Origin: Yuukianura sp. NJ FZ-2021 | Lineage: Eukaryota | Assembly: GCA_046563655.1 (NCBI GenBank) | Contig: CM102290.1 | Location: forward strand, 10,292,001-10,356,000 | Direction of reading: 5' to 3' | DNA: 64,000 nucleotides | Shown: piece by piece, positions 61,895-64,000 of the stretch | How the letters are laid out: each line of letters opens with the position of its first letter | Position numbering within the stretch: the stretch's first letter is position 1 | Made by a program: the position numbers and the translations under genes | The notes under the pieces: generated by a model | Told to the model about the DNA's origin: nothing | Seen by the model: only the letters and a program-made list of their open reading frames with translations | The model's database searches: none

Positions 61895-64000
61895 TTTTCC
61901 AAATGTGCAAAAAACCCAAGTTCCGAAATGTATTACTCAATTTTCCCATGTAAATTCAGTCACAACTTTCAAAACAAGTATTTCAAAATTATACTTCAAG
62001 AGTTAACTCTGACGATAAGTTTCAAAAATTTCAACTCCAAATTGTGTCGAATGATGTTCGATTGAATTCAGTAAGATATCCACAATCTTTTGCTACAAAT
62101 TCAAGTTCAATTTATAAAAATTCAAAAATGAAAATTAAGATACTGAGAGTTTTTTGAGAAAATCCTATAACTGCTGTCATGTTAAGTTCCTGTTGTTTTT
62201 TCCGCAAAGCTTTGGGTAATTTTGAAAGTGAGGTTTTGTGATTTGTGAGTTGTGATTTTACGATTGTATTTTTATTATAGACACAATTCCCACCATCCTC
62301 CTCTTCCACTGTGTCTTACTCTCTAGGTTAATTGAGAAAAAGCTCAATCAAGGTTCAAGTTTTTGGTAAAATTAAGAATTAAAATAATTAAAATTAAAAT
62401 TAATCACGTTAAGAAGTAAAATTAAATAAAAAAATTAAATTAATTTGGCATTAATTAGAGGTTCGGTAGCCTTTTTTGGAAATCAGTTCGGAAAAAAGTA
62501 ATGTTCAGATGAAAAAAAGCATTATTGATGCACAATTTTGCATTTTAAGAAAAACACTTAACTTTTCTTTTTACATTTTGGGCAAATTGAGAAACGAGAC
62601 AGAGACAACCACACCTTGGTCGAAAGGAAGGCGTCTAGACCGTCACTGAAGTCTTTGTTTCAAACAGGTTTTTGTGCTCAGCGTCATAATTTCCAAAAAC
62701 CCATTATTACACTTGTCATTTGATTTTGTTAGTCTAAGTTCATGATTTGGTTAGTTTTTAAGTCAAGTAAATATGGAAAGTTTGTTACGCATGCGTATGG
62801 GTGCGGAATCTGGCATGAATTTGGATGACGACATGAAAGTGTTTGGTTGGGATGTTTATCACTGGGATATGTCAATAAATCAGAGTAATCGAGGATTAGT
62901 GTCAGGAGTTGAGCAATGTAACCCCAGAATAGCCGTCGTGGCAATTGACTGGATCATACAGTACTATGTTATCTGGTCGTAAACAAGTGACGATCCAAGG
63001 CACTTGACTCCTTGCCCAAATATTGATGTGCCCTTGTCACTGACATTCACTCACCCAGCGACCGTCACGTAGTCCACACTTTCCTTTCCAGTGTCTCCTA
63101 TCTCATATCAAGTAACGCTTTGGAGCGACATCGAACCCGCGTCAAGCGACGCAGAAGCTAAAGCATGAGCAGACTGGTCTGAGGCTCCTACGAGGCAAAT
63201 AACTTGTGTTGGCGTCTGAACCTTGAAGCTGAATGTTAGAAATCAAGTAAGAGAGCGAATTCAGCGAAGCGTGACTTAAAGTGAGCCGTGACCTCGGCAG
63301 TTAAGTTGAAGAAATCAGGCTGTTCGGATTGAGCCGTTGAGGCGTGTGTACGTTCCGTTGATGAGTGTCCAGGTTGTGCGAGGAACCGTGTAATTAGTCT
63401 GGGTGAATTTCCATTGTTCAGACCCATTGTCAATCGGACCCTGTAAACAAAACACCAAAAATAGAAAATAACAATAAGGTTTTGGAACGGAGCCAAAGAA
63501 ACATTCACTCGACACTCTCCGACCAATTAACACTGTCTTGGTCCTCAAGTGTCATCCACTAAGAGATTCTTTTGTGTCATGTTACCAAAATTCTAGACGA
63601 ATTGAAACCAATTCCAAACATTTTTGTCTGAAACCCAAGGGTTTTCTACAGAACTTCCAACATTTTCGACCGAATTGTGAATGTTTTTGAACGAACTCTA
63701 AAAAGTTTCAACTGAATTGCAAGCATTTGGAAAGTTTATTTCAACGTTTTGGAGCGTAAAGAAAAGATTTCTGCGGAAAGTGGAACATTTTGAGAATGTC
63801 GCAAGTTGGAAACGACGCTTTGGGCAGAATGAGCACGGTGGGCTGCCTTGTTCACATTGTAAATAGGATTTTTCTGTTCTGGAACGTCATTGTAGGTACG
63901 ATTAACCTTGGTATAACCTAACCTAACTTAAAGTTAAGTAGACGACACTTGACAAGGTGTTGATAGGATAGCATGACAAGTGACGTGTAAGTATTTCGAG

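Noticed and set aside
63050..63443. GC-richer minus-strand exon-like segment with an acceptor near 63443 and a donor near 63054
   Set aside because: All frames contain stops and nothing is recognisable. It could be a UTR or lncRNA exon but cannot be supported without transcripts.

Overview
AT-rich eukaryotic DNA with compact genes and many short GT-AG introns. It is an invertebrate animal, probably an arthropod (inferred from the Inscuteable C-terminus RQESYV). Host genes in order: lin-7 (partial, -), a Twinkle helicase apparently lacking its primase-like N-terminal half (+), PEX16 (-), an unknown secreted, probably GPI-anchored Cys-module protein (+), inscuteable (+), an ELF3/EHF/ELF5-type ETS factor (+), a class A peptide-type GPCR (+), a DCN1-like protein (-), a CUE-Smr protein (+), PUS10 (-), MSL3 (+) and a plant/protist-type (DWF5-like) sterol delta-7 reductase (+). 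The dominant structure is a 12.5-kb non-autonomous Foldback/MULE-like element (1238-13753) with long modular TIRs. It holds about 40 copies of a 175-bp satellite, invaded by a PIF/Harbinger deletion derivative and a 271-bp element and then duplicated as a 3.49-kb higher-order unit. Also present: a hAT deletion derivative, small MITEs, a palindrome made of two Helitron-like 3' ends, and two further tandem repeats. All calls come from reading the sequence and recalling family motifs. No searches were run, and exon boundaries are hand-predicted.
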